Shown in pieces: positions 1-9,217 of a DNA stretch of 64,000 nucleotides. Within the stretch, counting starts at the first letter, position 1, and each line of letters opens with the position of its first letter. Below the pieces are notes generated by a model. That model was not told the origin of the DNA and did no database searches. It was given only the letters and a program-made list of their open reading frames with translations. The DNA is from a virus (lineage: Duplodnaviria > Caudoviricetes). Both the position numbers and the translations under genes were made by a program. The DNA lies in the IMG/VR virus record IMGVR_UViG_3300021256_000085, positions 21,736 to 85,735 of that record; one strand, 5' to 3'.

Positions 1-2
1 GT

Positions 3-329
3 AAAATTCAAGTTTATAATGGCAAGAAATTATTTGGAGAGATAACCGAATTTTGCCATTGGATATCTATTGACCCAAAAGAGCGTGGAACTAAGGAAAT
101 TACTTTAGAAAACTGTATGAAACTTCGTAAGATAGCAATGGAGAATCTTTGGTGGTTGCTTCATACTGATAATCTTGCTGAAGATGTTACCGAAGACGAA
201 GCTTGGAAAGAAAAAGTTGATAGATGGAACAAAGGTCATGGATTCAATGGTGGATCAAGTATAGATTCATTATTTTTTCCTGGAGAATATGAAATTGCTT
301 TAAATTCAATTAACAACAAATATAATTAA
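3..329 (+). CDS. hypothetical protein, 5'-truncated by window edge
   Basis: The frame of ORF 117..329 is open back to position 3 (KIQVYNGKKLFGEITEF...). Confidence 0.6.
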   Translation, partial: KIQVYNGKKLFGEITEFCHWISIDPKERGTKEITLENCMKLRKIAMENLWWLLHTDNLAEDVTEDEAWKEKVDRWNKGHGFNGGSSIDSLFFPGEYEIALNSINNKYN

Positions 330-333
330 GAAT

Positions 334-681
334 ATGAATAACGAACAAAATTATCTTCCGAAGTACCGAAACATGGCTTGGTGGCGTCATAACGAAATGT
401 ATAATGACCTCATGAAGAAGATGGAAAATCTATATTGCAAGTGGTATGGATCAGCTTGGGGATTGAGTCATAACGATGTGCGGAATCTTATGGAAGATAT
501 TATGACCGGTAAGACTTCATTTAGCAAGTGGAAGAAGGAATTTGAAGAAGCTAATATACGAGCTAATATGGGTCTTGGGCCAAATGATCCAATTCCTGAA
601 ACTCCAAAGCGTAAGGTAAATTTATCTAAGGTATCTACTGAAGATTTGATTAATGAACTCAATAAGAGAATGAAGTCATAA
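334..681 (+). CDS. hypothetical protein
   Basis: 115-aa ORF, co-oriented and tightly packed. Confidence 0.7.
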   Translation: MNNEQNYLPKYRNMAWWRHNEMYNDLMKKMENLYCKWYGSAWGLSHNDVRNLMEDIMTGKTSFSKWKKEFEEANIRANMGLGPNDPIPETPKRKVNLSKVSTEDLINELNKRMKS

Positions 682-694
682 ATTTATTATAGAT

Positions 695-868
695 ATGGAA
701 TTTTCACAAACAAAAGCAATAGATGCATTTGTAAAGCAACTTGACAAAATACTTAAAAGTCATATCAAAGATAAAGATACGGAAATTTGCAAGTTTGCAC
801 GAAGACTTTACAATTCAGGATATTCTGAAGGATATCGTGATGGTAAACGTGATTTGGATGGATATTAG
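695..868 (+). CDS. small hypothetical protein (57 aa, MEFSQTKAIDAF...)
   Basis: Translated by hand; fills the gap; ends in TAG. Confidence 0.55.
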   Translation: MEFSQTKAIDAFVKQLDKILKSHIKDKDTEICKFARRLYNSGYSEGYRDGKRDLDGY

Positions 869-952
869 AAATTAACTTATATAAATATATAAAATAAATA
901 AAATACTTAATTTAAAACCTCGTCGATGTATAGGTAATCGCAAATAAGATTT

Positions 953-1375
953 ATGAAGAAGACTATTAACAACAAGCGTCACTTCAATATTAGCGGTTTG
1001 AACAAGGAACAGATGGTAATTCCTGCAGTTCTTAGAACACTTATTCGTTGGTCTCAAACTTCTTGGGACAAGAAACATACCTATGAAGAGCTGGCTAAAG
1101 CAGTAGGTTATAAATCTCCTCGTATGGGACGTATTCTTGATATTGCTGATAAGACATTGAGACGTCTTGAAAAGGCAACAGGTAAAAAGATTCCAGTTCT
1201 TGGTGGATTAATTTATGCGAAAGGAACTAATTTACCAAGCTATGGATTTGGATATGTTATTCCAGGATATGATACACTTTCAGATGAGGATAAAATTAAT
1301 GCGGTTAAAAAGTATAATCGAGATGCTTGCGCATATGATTGGGGATGGGTTATGGATGAATTGTACCTGCGATAA
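953..1375 (+). CDS. hypothetical protein with possible HTH DNA-binding motif
   Basis: TYEELAKAVGYKSPRMGRIL resembles a helix-turn-helix. Confidence 0.45.
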   Translation: MKKTINNKRHFNISGLNKEQMVIPAVLRTLIRWSQTSWDKKHTYEELAKAVGYKSPRMGRILDIADKTLRRLEKATGKKIPVLGGLIYAKGTNLPSYGFGYVIPGYDTLSDEDKINAVKKYNRDACAYDWGWVMDELYLR

Positions 1376-1401
1376 ATTAGTTCTTTAAATATCATTTTAT
1401 T

Positions 1402-1435
1402 AAAGCCTCTCAAAATATTTTGGGAGGCTTTTTTA
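1402..1435 (+). terminator. intrinsic terminator hairpin, copy 1 of a 30-bp direct repeat
   Basis: AAAGCCTCTCAAAATATTTTGGGAGGCTTT followed by a T-run. Confidence 0.8.
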
Positions 1436-1454
1436 TATTTATAGAATAATTTAA

Positions 1455-1466
1455 TATTTTTATATA
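1455..1466 (+). promoter_or_regulatory. putative late-type promoter motif TATTTTTATATA (also + 16318, 17016; - 33763, 46091, 48014, 54718)
   Basis: Exact 12-mer recurs upstream of structural or leader-bearing operons. Confidence 0.55.
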
Positions 1467-1495
1467 TACACTATATTATATATAAGAATTATTAA

Positions 1496-4400
1496 ATGAT
1501 TTCTATAAGACAATATTTAACTGAAGGTAGAAGACCTAAACAAGAAGCGCAAAAGGTTATTGAAGGTACTAGTATTCTTGACAAAATAATGAATAATGAA
1601 CAAGATAATGTCAAAGAATTTGTTCAAGAATTCATAAGACCTAATGGACCAACTATATATGCATTCACAACAGATAAAGTAGATTCAGCAGTTAAGGTTG
1701 GATATACAGATCAACACCCAGAGAAGCGTATTGAGCAATGGAGAGAAATATATGGTAAAGAGGAAGGTGAAGTTGTTCCTTTAGGATATTGGAGCTCAGA
1801 AGAATTTGATAAAGCCGGAGAACGTGTATTCTTTTGGGATCATGCTATTCATAAGAAATTACAAGGCAAAGGATATAAGCAATTATCACGAGATGAGTTT
1901 ATGAATACTTTAACAGAAAAAGGTAAGCAACTTGTAGATATTCATTATTCTCGTGAATTCTTTTCTAAATATAAGAAATTATTACAAGGACAATTAAGTG
2001 ATGAAGATAAAGAAGAATTATCTGCTCAATTATTAGAAGACTTAATTAATCAAATGAAGCTTAATATCAAAAATGGAACTGCAGATTTTAAGTTATATAA
2101 GTTTGATGAAGAAGGTAGAACTTCAGGTAAGCAAGCGGATAAACAATGGGGTTCTCCAGATACTTACCAAAATACTGATTTACAAGAAAATGCTATTAAG
2201 AATGGTGTAGAAGCTATTAAAGAAGGTAAAAAGAATATATTGATGGCTGCTGTAATGAGATTTGGTAAGACTCATGCATCATATGAAATTATTAAAGAAG
2301 CAGGATTGAAAAGAGTTATCGTTTGTTCTGCTAAAGCTGATGTTAGAACTGCATGGAGAGAAGATATTAATCATGTTCATTTCTTTAAAGATTTTATATT
2401 TATAGAAGTACTTGGACCTAACAACTGGGATGTTACTTATTCTAAAGATGGTAAATCATTAGTTACTGAACATGGTATACCAGATATTGAAGCTTTAGAA
2501 AAATCCGGTAAGACTATGATTTATTTCTTTACTTTACATGATTTAGGTGGCTCTGTAAAAGAATTGAAAGCAAAGCATAAGGGATTATTTGACAAGAATT
2601 TTGATATGATGATTGTTGATGAAACCCATTATGGATCTCATGCTAATACTTTTGGACAAGTTACCGGATTAGGAAGAAAGAAAATTGAAGACGATGATGA
2701 AGATAATGCACAATTAGAAGAAGAGCAAAAATTAGCTGAAGAATCAAAGAAAGTTATTGAATCATTGAATGTAAAATATGATAGAGTTCTTCAAGTTTCT
2801 GGAACACCTTATTATATATTAGCTTCAAATGAAATGATTGATAAGGATGCCGCAATTATTTCTAAAGTTTCTTATACAGATATGCTAAATGCTCGTGATA
2901 AATGGGAAAAAGAACATAAAGGAGAAGATGAAAGTAATTCACCATATTTTGGAATACCTACATTACATAAGATTGGCTTACGATTAAATAAGGAATGCCG
3001 TAAAATTATGGAAGAAGCAGGATATACTGATTCTATGACAGAATTATTCAAAGTCAATGGACAGAAATTTGTAAATGAGAAAGCCATACGAGGATTGATA
3101 AAAGGTATATTTGGAGATGGAAAGAGTAGTTCATTAGCATTCTTGAAGAATAAAGATGTGGATGGCAATAAAGTTTGTAAGCATACAATAATGGTATTAC
3201 CTCGTGTTAAAGCATGCCGAGCTATGAAAGAGTTGTTGAATTCCATGATAGATACAAATGAACGTAAAGTATTTTGTATAGTAAACAATTGGGGTGGCAT
3301 TACTGATGTGAAAGATGTAGATGACTTGAATAACCAATTAGAGAAATTAGATAGTGAAGGAAAGAAAAGTATTATATTGACTGTCAATCGATTTATGACT
3401 GGTGTATCTATGCCTTGTGTAGATAGTATGATATATTTAAAGAATGCAAGTTCACCACAAGAATATGACCAGAATATATTTAGATTATGTACAAGAAGAG
3501 TAAAGAAAGTAAAGGATCCAGATAATGAAAGCAGATCTAAGAAAGTCAATATGAAAGATAACGTATATTTGATTGACTTCAATATGAGTAATATGTTCAA
3601 TATGGTTGCAAATAGTGCTCGTATGAAAGCTGCTGCTGAAGGTAATCCAACTACAAAACGAATCAAAGAATTTATGGAAGATGATCTTAAAGCTGTTCCA
3701 ATATTTGCTGAAGATAAAGCTAGTTCAGAAATACTTGGAAAGATGCATAAGATAACTTCCAAAGATATGATGGAACTATATACAAGATATAACAAGAACA
3801 AGAGTATATCTGATATAGTGAATGATGAAATTGATTTGTTTGGAGAATTATTCAAAGATAAAGATTTCCAAGATATAATAGTTGGTATAAATATAGATGG
3901 TGACAAGAGTAAGATAACTGTTGGAGATAAAGATGAAAATGATGGAGAAACTATTGACAATATACCAACAAGCAAAATTGACAAGAAACTAAAATCATTA
4001 CAAGACAAGATTAAAGATTCTCGCATAACTGATAAAGATAAGAAAGAATTTGAGAGATTAACTAAAGAGAAATTCAAAGCTATTACTAAGAACTTATTAT
4101 ATTGTGACTTATGCTTAGATGAACCTTGTTTTGATATTGAGGGAATTATTGAGAAAGCTAAAAAGGATTCAGAATTCAAGAAAATGCTTCATGAGTTTAA
4201 GATTGAATTGTCGGATATAGAGAAAGTATATAAAGTGATGGACACTAATTATAAACAAGCTTACAATTCTTTATTGACTAGAATGGCATTACTTGCACAA
4301 GACAAGAGCAAAGAAGGATATGATAAGTTTAGTAAAGCTCTTGAAGGATTAGGTAGACTTGGTCAATCTGAAGTTGTAACACCGCCTGAAATTGTTGAGA

Positions 4401-5605
4401 AAATGATTAACAAACTTGATGATTCAGAATATCGAAAAGCAAAGAGCATATTACTGGTGAATGAGAAACAAGCAGAGTTTGCAATGGGATTAGTTAAGAA
4501 ATTCGGTAAAGACATATTAAAGAAAGTTAAGATAGTTGCAAGTTCTGAAATTGGTAAACACTTAACTAAAAAAATGTTGAAAAGCGTTATGAATTCTGAC
4601 TATATTAATAATATTATACTAAATATAGAAGACACAGATGGCAATGGCTATTATGATGTCAAAGATTTTTTACATATGAAGAATGAAGAAATTTTGAAAG
4701 AGAATGATGGAAAGAAATTTGATATAATTTTGTCTAACCCGCCCTATTCTAATACATTACATTTACAATTTTTAGAAAAGTATTGCGAAATTGCAAAAAA
4801 TATTATATCAATACAACCATGTGAATTTATTACAAGAACACATTTAAAGCCAACATATAAAAAACAAAAAGAAAAATATAAAAATTCTATTGGTAAACAT
4901 TTATATGATTTAGAAGTATTAAAAAAGAACCCATTTGATGCCGGCATAGACACAAATATTGGTATATATGTTCTTAATGAAACAGGAGGATTTAATTATG
5001 ATAATTTTTATAAAGAATATGATAAACATTATTTAAATATTGAATCTAAATTTAATACAGGAATAACATTTAATGAAAAATTAGAAAAATATGATAATCA
5101 AAAATATTTTGTTCCTATAAGAACAGATGGTATATATGAAAGATGGTGGACATTACAATTAATTAATTATTTAGATATTATTGTTGATGGAAAAGTTTAT
5201 TCTGGTGATTATAAAGGATTAACAATTTCGGAAGCAAGAAAAAAGAATCCGCATGAAAACCCTAGAAATTCTGATAGAACAACAATGGGTGTTTCATTTA
5301 ATTCATTAGAAGAGGCAATCAATTGTAGAGATTCTTTAAAAACAGAAGCATATATGTTTATAATTGCTTTATTTAAAACTACACGAAAGAATCCATTAAA
5401 TAAAATACCTTTCTTAAATTATAAAAATCATTTATCTAATAATGATATATTTGATTTATTTGATATTAATAATGATTTAAGAAAAGATATTATAAAAGAA
5501 ATGCAACCATTTATGAGTAAATCATCAATGAATGGTTCAGAAATAGGAAAAACATTAATAAATATTCAAAAAAAATATTTAGAAGAATTAAATAAAAATA
5601 ATTGA
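1496..5605 (+). CDS. restriction-modification-like fusion: GIY-YIG-type nuclease + SF2 helicase/ATPase + N6-adenine MTase catalytic region + target-recognition domain; capsid-targeting-like leader
   Basis: TIYAF...VKVGYT (GIY-YIG/T5orf172-like); MAAVMRFGKT Walker A; DETHYG; SGTPY; EVVTPPEIVEKM; NPPY at 4736-4747; N-terminus MISIRQYLTE. Confidence 0.8.
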   Translation: MISIRQYLTEGRRPKQEAQKVIEGTSILDKIMNNEQDNVKEFVQEFIRPNGPTIYAFTTDKVDSAVKVGYTDQHPEKRIEQWREIYGKEEGEVVPLGYWSSEEFDKAGERVFFWDHAIHKKLQGKGYKQLSRDEFMNTLTEKGKQLVDIHYSREFFSKYKKLLQGQLSDEDKEELSAQLLEDLINQMKLNIKNGTADFKLYKFDEEGRTSGKQADKQWGSPDTYQNTDLQENAIKNGVEAIKEGKKNILMAAVMRFGKTHASYEIIKEAGLKRVIVCSAKADVRTAWREDINHVHFFKDFIFIEVLGPNNWDVTYSKDGKSLVTEHGIPDIEALEKSGKTMIYFFTLHDLGGSVKELKAKHKGLFDKNFDMMIVDETHYGSHANTFGQVTGLGRKKIEDDDEDNAQLEEEQKLAEESKKVIESLNVKYDRVLQVSGTPYYILASNEMIDKDAAIISKVSYTDMLNARDKWEKEHKGEDESNSPYFGIPTLHKIGLRLNKECRKIMEEAGYTDSMTELFKVNGQKFVNEKAIRGLIKGIFGDGKSSSLAFLKNKDVDGNKVCKHTIMVLPRVKACRAMKELLNSMIDTNERKVFCIVNNWGGITDVKDVDDLNNQLEKLDSEGKKSIILTVNRFMTGVSMPCVDSMIYLKNASSPQEYDQNIFRLCTRRVKKVKDPDNESRSKKVNMKDNVYLIDFNMSNMFNMVANSARMKAAAEGNPTTKRIKEFMEDDLKAVPIFAEDKASSEILGKMHKITSKDMMELYTRYNKNKSISDIVNDEIDLFGELFKDKDFQDIIVGINIDGDKSKITVGDKDENDGETIDNIPTSKIDKKLKSLQDKIKDSRITDKDKKEFERLTKEKFKAITKNLLYCDLCLDEPCFDIEGIIEKAKKDSEFKKMLHEFKIELSDIEKVYKVMDTNYKQAYNSLLTRMALLAQDKSKEGYDKFSKALEGLGRLGQSEVVTPPEIVEKMINKLDDSEYRKAKSILLVNEKQAEFAMGLVKKFGKDILKKVKIVASSEIGKHLTKKMLKSVMNSDYINNIILNIEDTDGNGYYDVKDFLHMKNEEILKENDGKKFDIILSNPPYSNTLHLQFLEKYCEIAKNIISIQPCEFITRTHLKPTYKKQKEKYKNSIGKHLYDLEVLKKNPFDAGIDTNIGIYVLNETGGFNYDNFYKEYDKHYLNIESKFNTGITFNEKLEKYDNQKYFVPIRTDGIYERWWTLQLINYLDIIVDGKVYSGDYKGLTISEARKKNPHENPRNSDRTTMGVSFNSLEEAINCRDSLKTEAYMFIIALFKTTRKNPLNKIPFLNYKNHLSNNDIFDLFDINNDLRKDIIKEMQPFMSKSSMNGSEIGKTLINIQKKYLEELNKNN

Positions 5606-5660
5606 TTTTTATTGCGTTATTTCAAAGAAAAATATTATTATTAATTATAAAGGTTTAATA

Positions 5661-5828
5661 ATATTTGGAGTAACGCACAAATTAAAAACCAATTGAATTT
5701 AGATATAATTAGAAAACAATTATATATTTAGGGTATTTAATAATTTTTGGTTGTGCGTTACTTTAGACCAAATATTTATTAGATACCTTTTTAATTTAAT
5801 AAATATATCTCATATAGTAACGCATATG
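5661..5828 (+). promoter_or_regulatory. predicted alternative-pairing RNA structure upstream of HNH gene
   Basis: AGTAACGCACAA (5669-5680) pairs with TTGTGCGTTACT (5751-5762); ATATTTGG (5661-5668) pairs with CCAAATAT (5768-5775); a third AGTAACGCA copy (5816-5824) abuts ATG 5826. Confidence 0.5.
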
Positions 5829-6452
5829 ATTAATAAAGGAAGTGTAAATTTATATTGTAATGGAGACATTACATTAATTGAAAATTATTATGAAGCAATA
5901 AACGATTCTAATGAAACTTGGATATGTCACCATAAATTAGAAATTGAATTGCAATTATTTTCTTATGAATTAATTAAGAAAAATTTATATTTTAATAGAC
6001 CTCCAGAAGAATTGATGTTTATTAAAAGAAATGACCACATGAAATTACATGCTTCAAAACATAATTCATTTAAAAACAAACATCATACACAAGAAACAAA
6101 AAATAAAATTAATAATACAAAGTTAAAAAATGGAACATGGCCATCTGGAGAAAAAAATCCAATGTATAAACATGTTTGGACAGAAGAAGAATTAGAACAT
6201 TTAAAACAAGGAGCATTAAATAGAGATAATACAAATATAGGTAAATATGAAAGGACAGAAGAAATAAATAATAAAATGTCTAAATCACTTAAAGGTAAAA
6301 TGGCTGGAGAAAAAAATCCAATGTACGGTATTCGAGGAAAAGACAACCCAAATTATGGATTACATTGGTATACTGATGGAATTAATTCGATTAAAGCAAG
6401 AGAATGTCCTGAAGGATTTAAACCAGGACGAATATATGCATTAAAAAAATAA
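5826..6452 (+). CDS. HNH-type homing endonuclease with NUMOD3-like repeats
   Basis: WICHHKLE...DHMKLH core; repeated GEKNPMY/GKDNPNYG; ATG 5826 is the likelier start than TTG 5751. Confidence 0.75.
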   Translation: MINKGSVNLYCNGDITLIENYYEAINDSNETWICHHKLEIELQLFSYELIKKNLYFNRPPEELMFIKRNDHMKLHASKHNSFKNKHHTQETKNKINNTKLKNGTWPSGEKNPMYKHVWTEEELEHLKQGALNRDNTNIGKYERTEEINNKMSKSLKGKMAGEKNPMYGIRGKDNPNYGLHWYTDGINSIKARECPEGFKPGRIYALKK

Positions 6453-6462
6453 TTAAAACTTA

Positions 6463-6469
6463 CTATATT
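6463..6469 (+). promoter_or_regulatory. putative early/middle promoter motif CTATATT (also 1471, 7069, 11819, 15022, 20339, 20548, 23282, 24754, 24782, 25554, 42669, 54792, 60166; - strand 15003-15009)
   Basis: Recurs in intergenic gaps about 15-95 bp before start codons. Confidence 0.55.
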
Positions 6470-6483
6470 AAATATATAATAAT

Positions 6484-6978
6484 TTGAAAAGTATGAATTT
6501 GACAGATTTTAATATACAGAAATTTATAGATATAGATTACGCAACAGAAGATCGTAAATCTCGCCGAAAGGGCTCAGGAGGGACTCAAGAATTTTTTACG
6601 CCTTATAGTATTGTAAAAAAGATGTGTGATAAAGTTCCTGAAGAAGATTGGCAAGATCCTACGAAATTATTTTGTGAACCATGTTTCGGAAATGGAAATT
6701 TTGTATTGGCTATTATTTATTATAGAATTTTAAATGGTATAGACTGGAAAACGGCATTAGAAACTTGTTATGGTGTAGAACTTTGTGAAGATAACGTTTA
6801 CGAAACACATGGAAGAATCATTAAGCTTTTTGATGCATTAGGAATAGATTATGATGAAGATGTAGCTATGGACATAATGCTTCGTAATCTTGTTTGTCAT
6901 GATTTTTTTAAATGGAATTTCGAAGAATGGCGGCCAATGACTGAAGAAGAAATCAAACAAAGCAAGAAAAAGAAATGA
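6484..6978 (+). CDS. DNA adenine methyltransferase, SAM-binding half (no NPPY motif)
   Basis: TQEFFTPYSIVKKM; motif I FCEPCFGNGNF; YGVEL; ends before any catalytic motif IV. Confidence 0.75.
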   Translation: MKSMNLTDFNIQKFIDIDYATEDRKSRRKGSGGTQEFFTPYSIVKKMCDKVPEEDWQDPTKLFCEPCFGNGNFVLAIIYYRILNGIDWKTALETCYGVELCEDNVYETHGRIIKLFDALGIDYDEDVAMDIMLRNLVCHDFFKWNFEEWRPMTEEEIKQSKKKK

Positions 6979-7000
6979 ACAAATTATAGAAATTATTTTT

Positions 7001-7033
7001 AAAGCCTCTCAAATTATTTTGGGAGGCTTTTTA
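7001..7033 (+). terminator. intrinsic terminator hairpin, copy 2 of the 30-bp direct repeat
   Basis: AAAGCCTCTCAAATTATTTTGGGAGGCTTT; 29/30 identical to 1402-1431. Confidence 0.8.
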
Positions 7034-7100
7034 GTGTTTATAATCTTAAATATATATAAGAAAATTAACTATATTATATTTAAAATAGATATGATGGTTT

Positions 7101-7565
7101 ATGGGCAAAAATACTAAACATATTGATTATTTAGAAAAATGGATTTCTAATTGTGTTGATGATATCGATGATTTACACAGTGTTTTTGAAATAGAATTTA
7201 TAGATAAAGAAATTAGTCGAATCATAGCATTAAGTACATATACAATAGCTTTTACAGATAATTTACTTATTATAACATTTCAAAAGTATGATTTTTTAAT
7301 TGGGCAAACTAAACAACGTAAAGTATTATCTGAAGAACAAATTAAAGAAGCATTTAATCATAAACAAAAAATCAAATTAAATGTTGCAGATAGAAATGGC
7401 AAAATTGTTAAAATATATGAATTTAATGATTGTGAACTAAATTGCATAACTGATAATGTGTATGATTATAGATTAGATATAAATACAAATAGAACATCAT
7501 GCTTAGTATTTACATATGCATCAAAAAATATAATAAATAAAAATAATAATAATTACTATGGATAA
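7101..7565 (+). CDS. hypothetical protein, C-terminus weakly tail-tube-like
   Basis: KLNVADRNGKIVKIYEFNDCE...DY...LVFTY pattern recalls the gp19-type tube C-terminus. Confidence 0.3.
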   Translation: MGKNTKHIDYLEKWISNCVDDIDDLHSVFEIEFIDKEISRIIALSTYTIAFTDNLLIITFQKYDFLIGQTKQRKVLSEEQIKEAFNHKQKIKLNVADRNGKIVKIYEFNDCELNCITDNVYDYRLDINTNRTSCLVFTYASKNIINKNNNNYYG

Positions 7566-7824
7566 AGATATTGTAAATGGATATTTAAAGAGTATATCAA
7601 AAAATTTAAAAGATTGATTAGCTGAAATTAATAAAGAAGAAACATATCCTGATACTTGGAGTAAAGATGATGATAAAATTGTAAAAGATATCATTGAATA
7701 TCTTGAGTGTTGGAATGATTTCGATTGTGGAGATGAACCATATGAGGAATATTGTGCAAGATTTGAACAATATATTGAATGGATGAAACGAATTAAAAAT
7801 AGACTTATTCAATATTATAAATAA
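7558..7824 (+). pseudogene. 88-codon gene with in-frame TGA at codon 20 (7615-7617)
   Basis: MDKDIVNGYLKSISKNLKD*LAEINKEETYPDTWSK...YYK; overlaps the previous stop and ends TAATG into the next gene. Confidence 0.7.
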
Positions 7825-8027
7825 TGGTAAAAAATAAAATGAATGAATATATTATTTTTGAACATGAACTACCTTGGTGGTTCTTTTTAATCCGTCCATT
7901 TGATACGGATGGTATGATTATGGCGAATTATGGTATGTTATATTATGCAACACCTCCAAAACAGTATATTAAATACATTAAGAATAGATATCCAGAATTA
8001 GTAAATCAAAAAATAAATAAATTATGA
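7824..8027 (+). CDS. hypothetical protein
   Basis: ORF track; ATGA coupling to next gene. Confidence 0.6.
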   Translation: MVKNKMNEYIIFEHELPWWFFLIRPFDTDGMIMANYGMLYYATPPKQYIKYIKNRYPELVNQKINKL

Positions 8028-8248
8028 CAAAAGAAGAAAAAGATAAAAAATTTATGTGGTTGATGAATGGTGGTCCTTATAATGATGATGAAATCGCAGA
8101 AATGGCAGAATCTTGGGCACATGATAATTCAAATGGTCTTGAAGATGAAACAGCAAAATACCTTGGATATGTTGCTGGTTTCAGAGAAGCCTATGGATTA
8201 GGTGTACAGGATGCAGTAAGTATTTTTGATGAAGATGAAAGTTCTTAA
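8024..8248 (+). CDS. hypothetical protein
   Basis: ORF track, acidic 74 aa. Confidence 0.65.
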   Translation: MTKEEKDKKFMWLMNGGPYNDDEIAEMAESWAHDNSNGLEDETAKYLGYVAGFREAYGLGVQDAVSIFDEDESS

Positions 8249-8328
8249 CACGTACAATGAATGATTGGATAATTTGAATAACTATAACAACAATTAAAAA
8301 TCAAAACCATCAAGAAAGATTAAAATGT

Positions 8329-8673
8329 ATGATAGAAGAAGCTTACGTTTCATTTGAAGTAGCGAAGCTACTCAAAGAAAAGGGATTTAAAGAAGAGTGT
8401 TCATATAGATATGTTGCAGAACCAGATTATAAAACACCAGAATTTGTATGTTCTCCAATTGGAAATGGTTCTAAATATCTTTATAATGCCCCGACTCATC
8501 AAATGGCAATGCGATGGTTGCGTGAAGTACATGATATTAAAATAATGATTCGTCCATATGTTGATGGAACTTATAGTTATGAAATTCTTAATGGCTTTTG
8601 GTATGTCAATTTTGATTCTTATGAAGATGCTACAGAAGAAGCAATTAAATATTGTCTTGAATATTTAATATAA
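8329..8673 (+). CDS. hypothetical protein of a family common in Bacteroidota phages
   Basis: YVSFEVAKLLKEKGF...APTHQMAMRWLRE motifs. Confidence 0.65.
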   Translation: MIEEAYVSFEVAKLLKEKGFKEECSYRYVAEPDYKTPEFVCSPIGNGSKYLYNAPTHQMAMRWLREVHDIKIMIRPYVDGTYSYEILNGFWYVNFDSYEDATEEAIKYCLEYLI

Positions 8674-8702
8674 CAATTAAAAAAAATAATAGAAAGTAGA
8701 AT

Positions 8703-9038
8703 ATGAAAAAAGGAATTGAACTAATTGCTGAAGAACGTCAAAGACAAATTGATGTTGAAGGTTATAATGCACAACATGACTCACAACACAATGCAAGTGA
8801 ATTTATTTATGCCGCTATTAGCTATATTGAATCCGCAAAAATTGGTGTGAACTGCACTGAAATTGGTTATACCGATGAGAATGAAATTATGAGAAGGAAA
8901 ACAGAAATGGGAAAATACTATCCATTTGGGTGGTTGTTCAAACCTTCAACTGATATTCATGACTTAGTTAAGGCAGGTGCATTGATTGCCGCAGCAATTG
9001 ACAGATTAGAGTCAACTAATATATTATCCACAAAATAA
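8703..9038 (+). CDS. conserved phage hypothetical protein
   Basis: IELIAEERQRQI...DLVKAGALIAAAIDRL motifs. Confidence 0.65.
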   Translation: MKKGIELIAEERQRQIDVEGYNAQHDSQHNASEFIYAAISYIESAKIGVNCTEIGYTDENEIMRRKTEMGKYYPFGWLFKPSTDIHDLVKAGALIAAAIDRLESTNILSTK

Positions 9039-9052
9039 ATAAATTATGATAT

Positions 9053-9211
9053 ATGGGACATTGTAATTTAGAAATGAGTGATAAATGCTATGGTTGTGGT
9101 TACTATGGTACAGGTGATATTGAAGGATGTAAATTAACTATTGCTTTTCATAAGAAATACCCAAACCATACAGATGAAGAATATGAGAAATATATGAAAT
9201 CTCAAAATTAA
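9053..9211 (+). CDS. small Cys-rich protein (52 aa, MGHCNLEMSDKCYGCGYYG...)
   Basis: Translated by hand; fills the gap; four Cys plus His. Confidence 0.55.
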   Translation: MGHCNLEMSDKCYGCGYYGTGDIEGCKLTIAFHKKYPNHTDEEYEKYMKSQN

Positions 9212-9217
9212 AAAAAA

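Noticed and set aside
2872-4179. 435-aa minus-strand ORF and other antisense ORFs (468, 4744, 6083, 12206, 12258, 14230, 16474, 17740, 18283, 19406, 21995, 26216-27174, 27988, 34508, 37150, 37256, 38378, 42229, 42748, 44456, 46205, 49447, 54045, 57749, 58675)
   Set aside because: They are shadows or alternate frames of well-supported genes, with Ser/Leu/Phe/Ile-biased composition and no motifs.
5606-6483. Group I intron splitting the methyltransferase
   Set aside because: The downstream small ORF carries motif I, which precedes NPPY, so it is not the continuation of the upstream gene. No intron core (P7) was recognised.
8235-8297. Third in-frame TGA candidate (MKVLNTYNE*LDNLNNYNNN)
   Set aside because: Only 20 codons of low complexity; cannot be supported as a gene.
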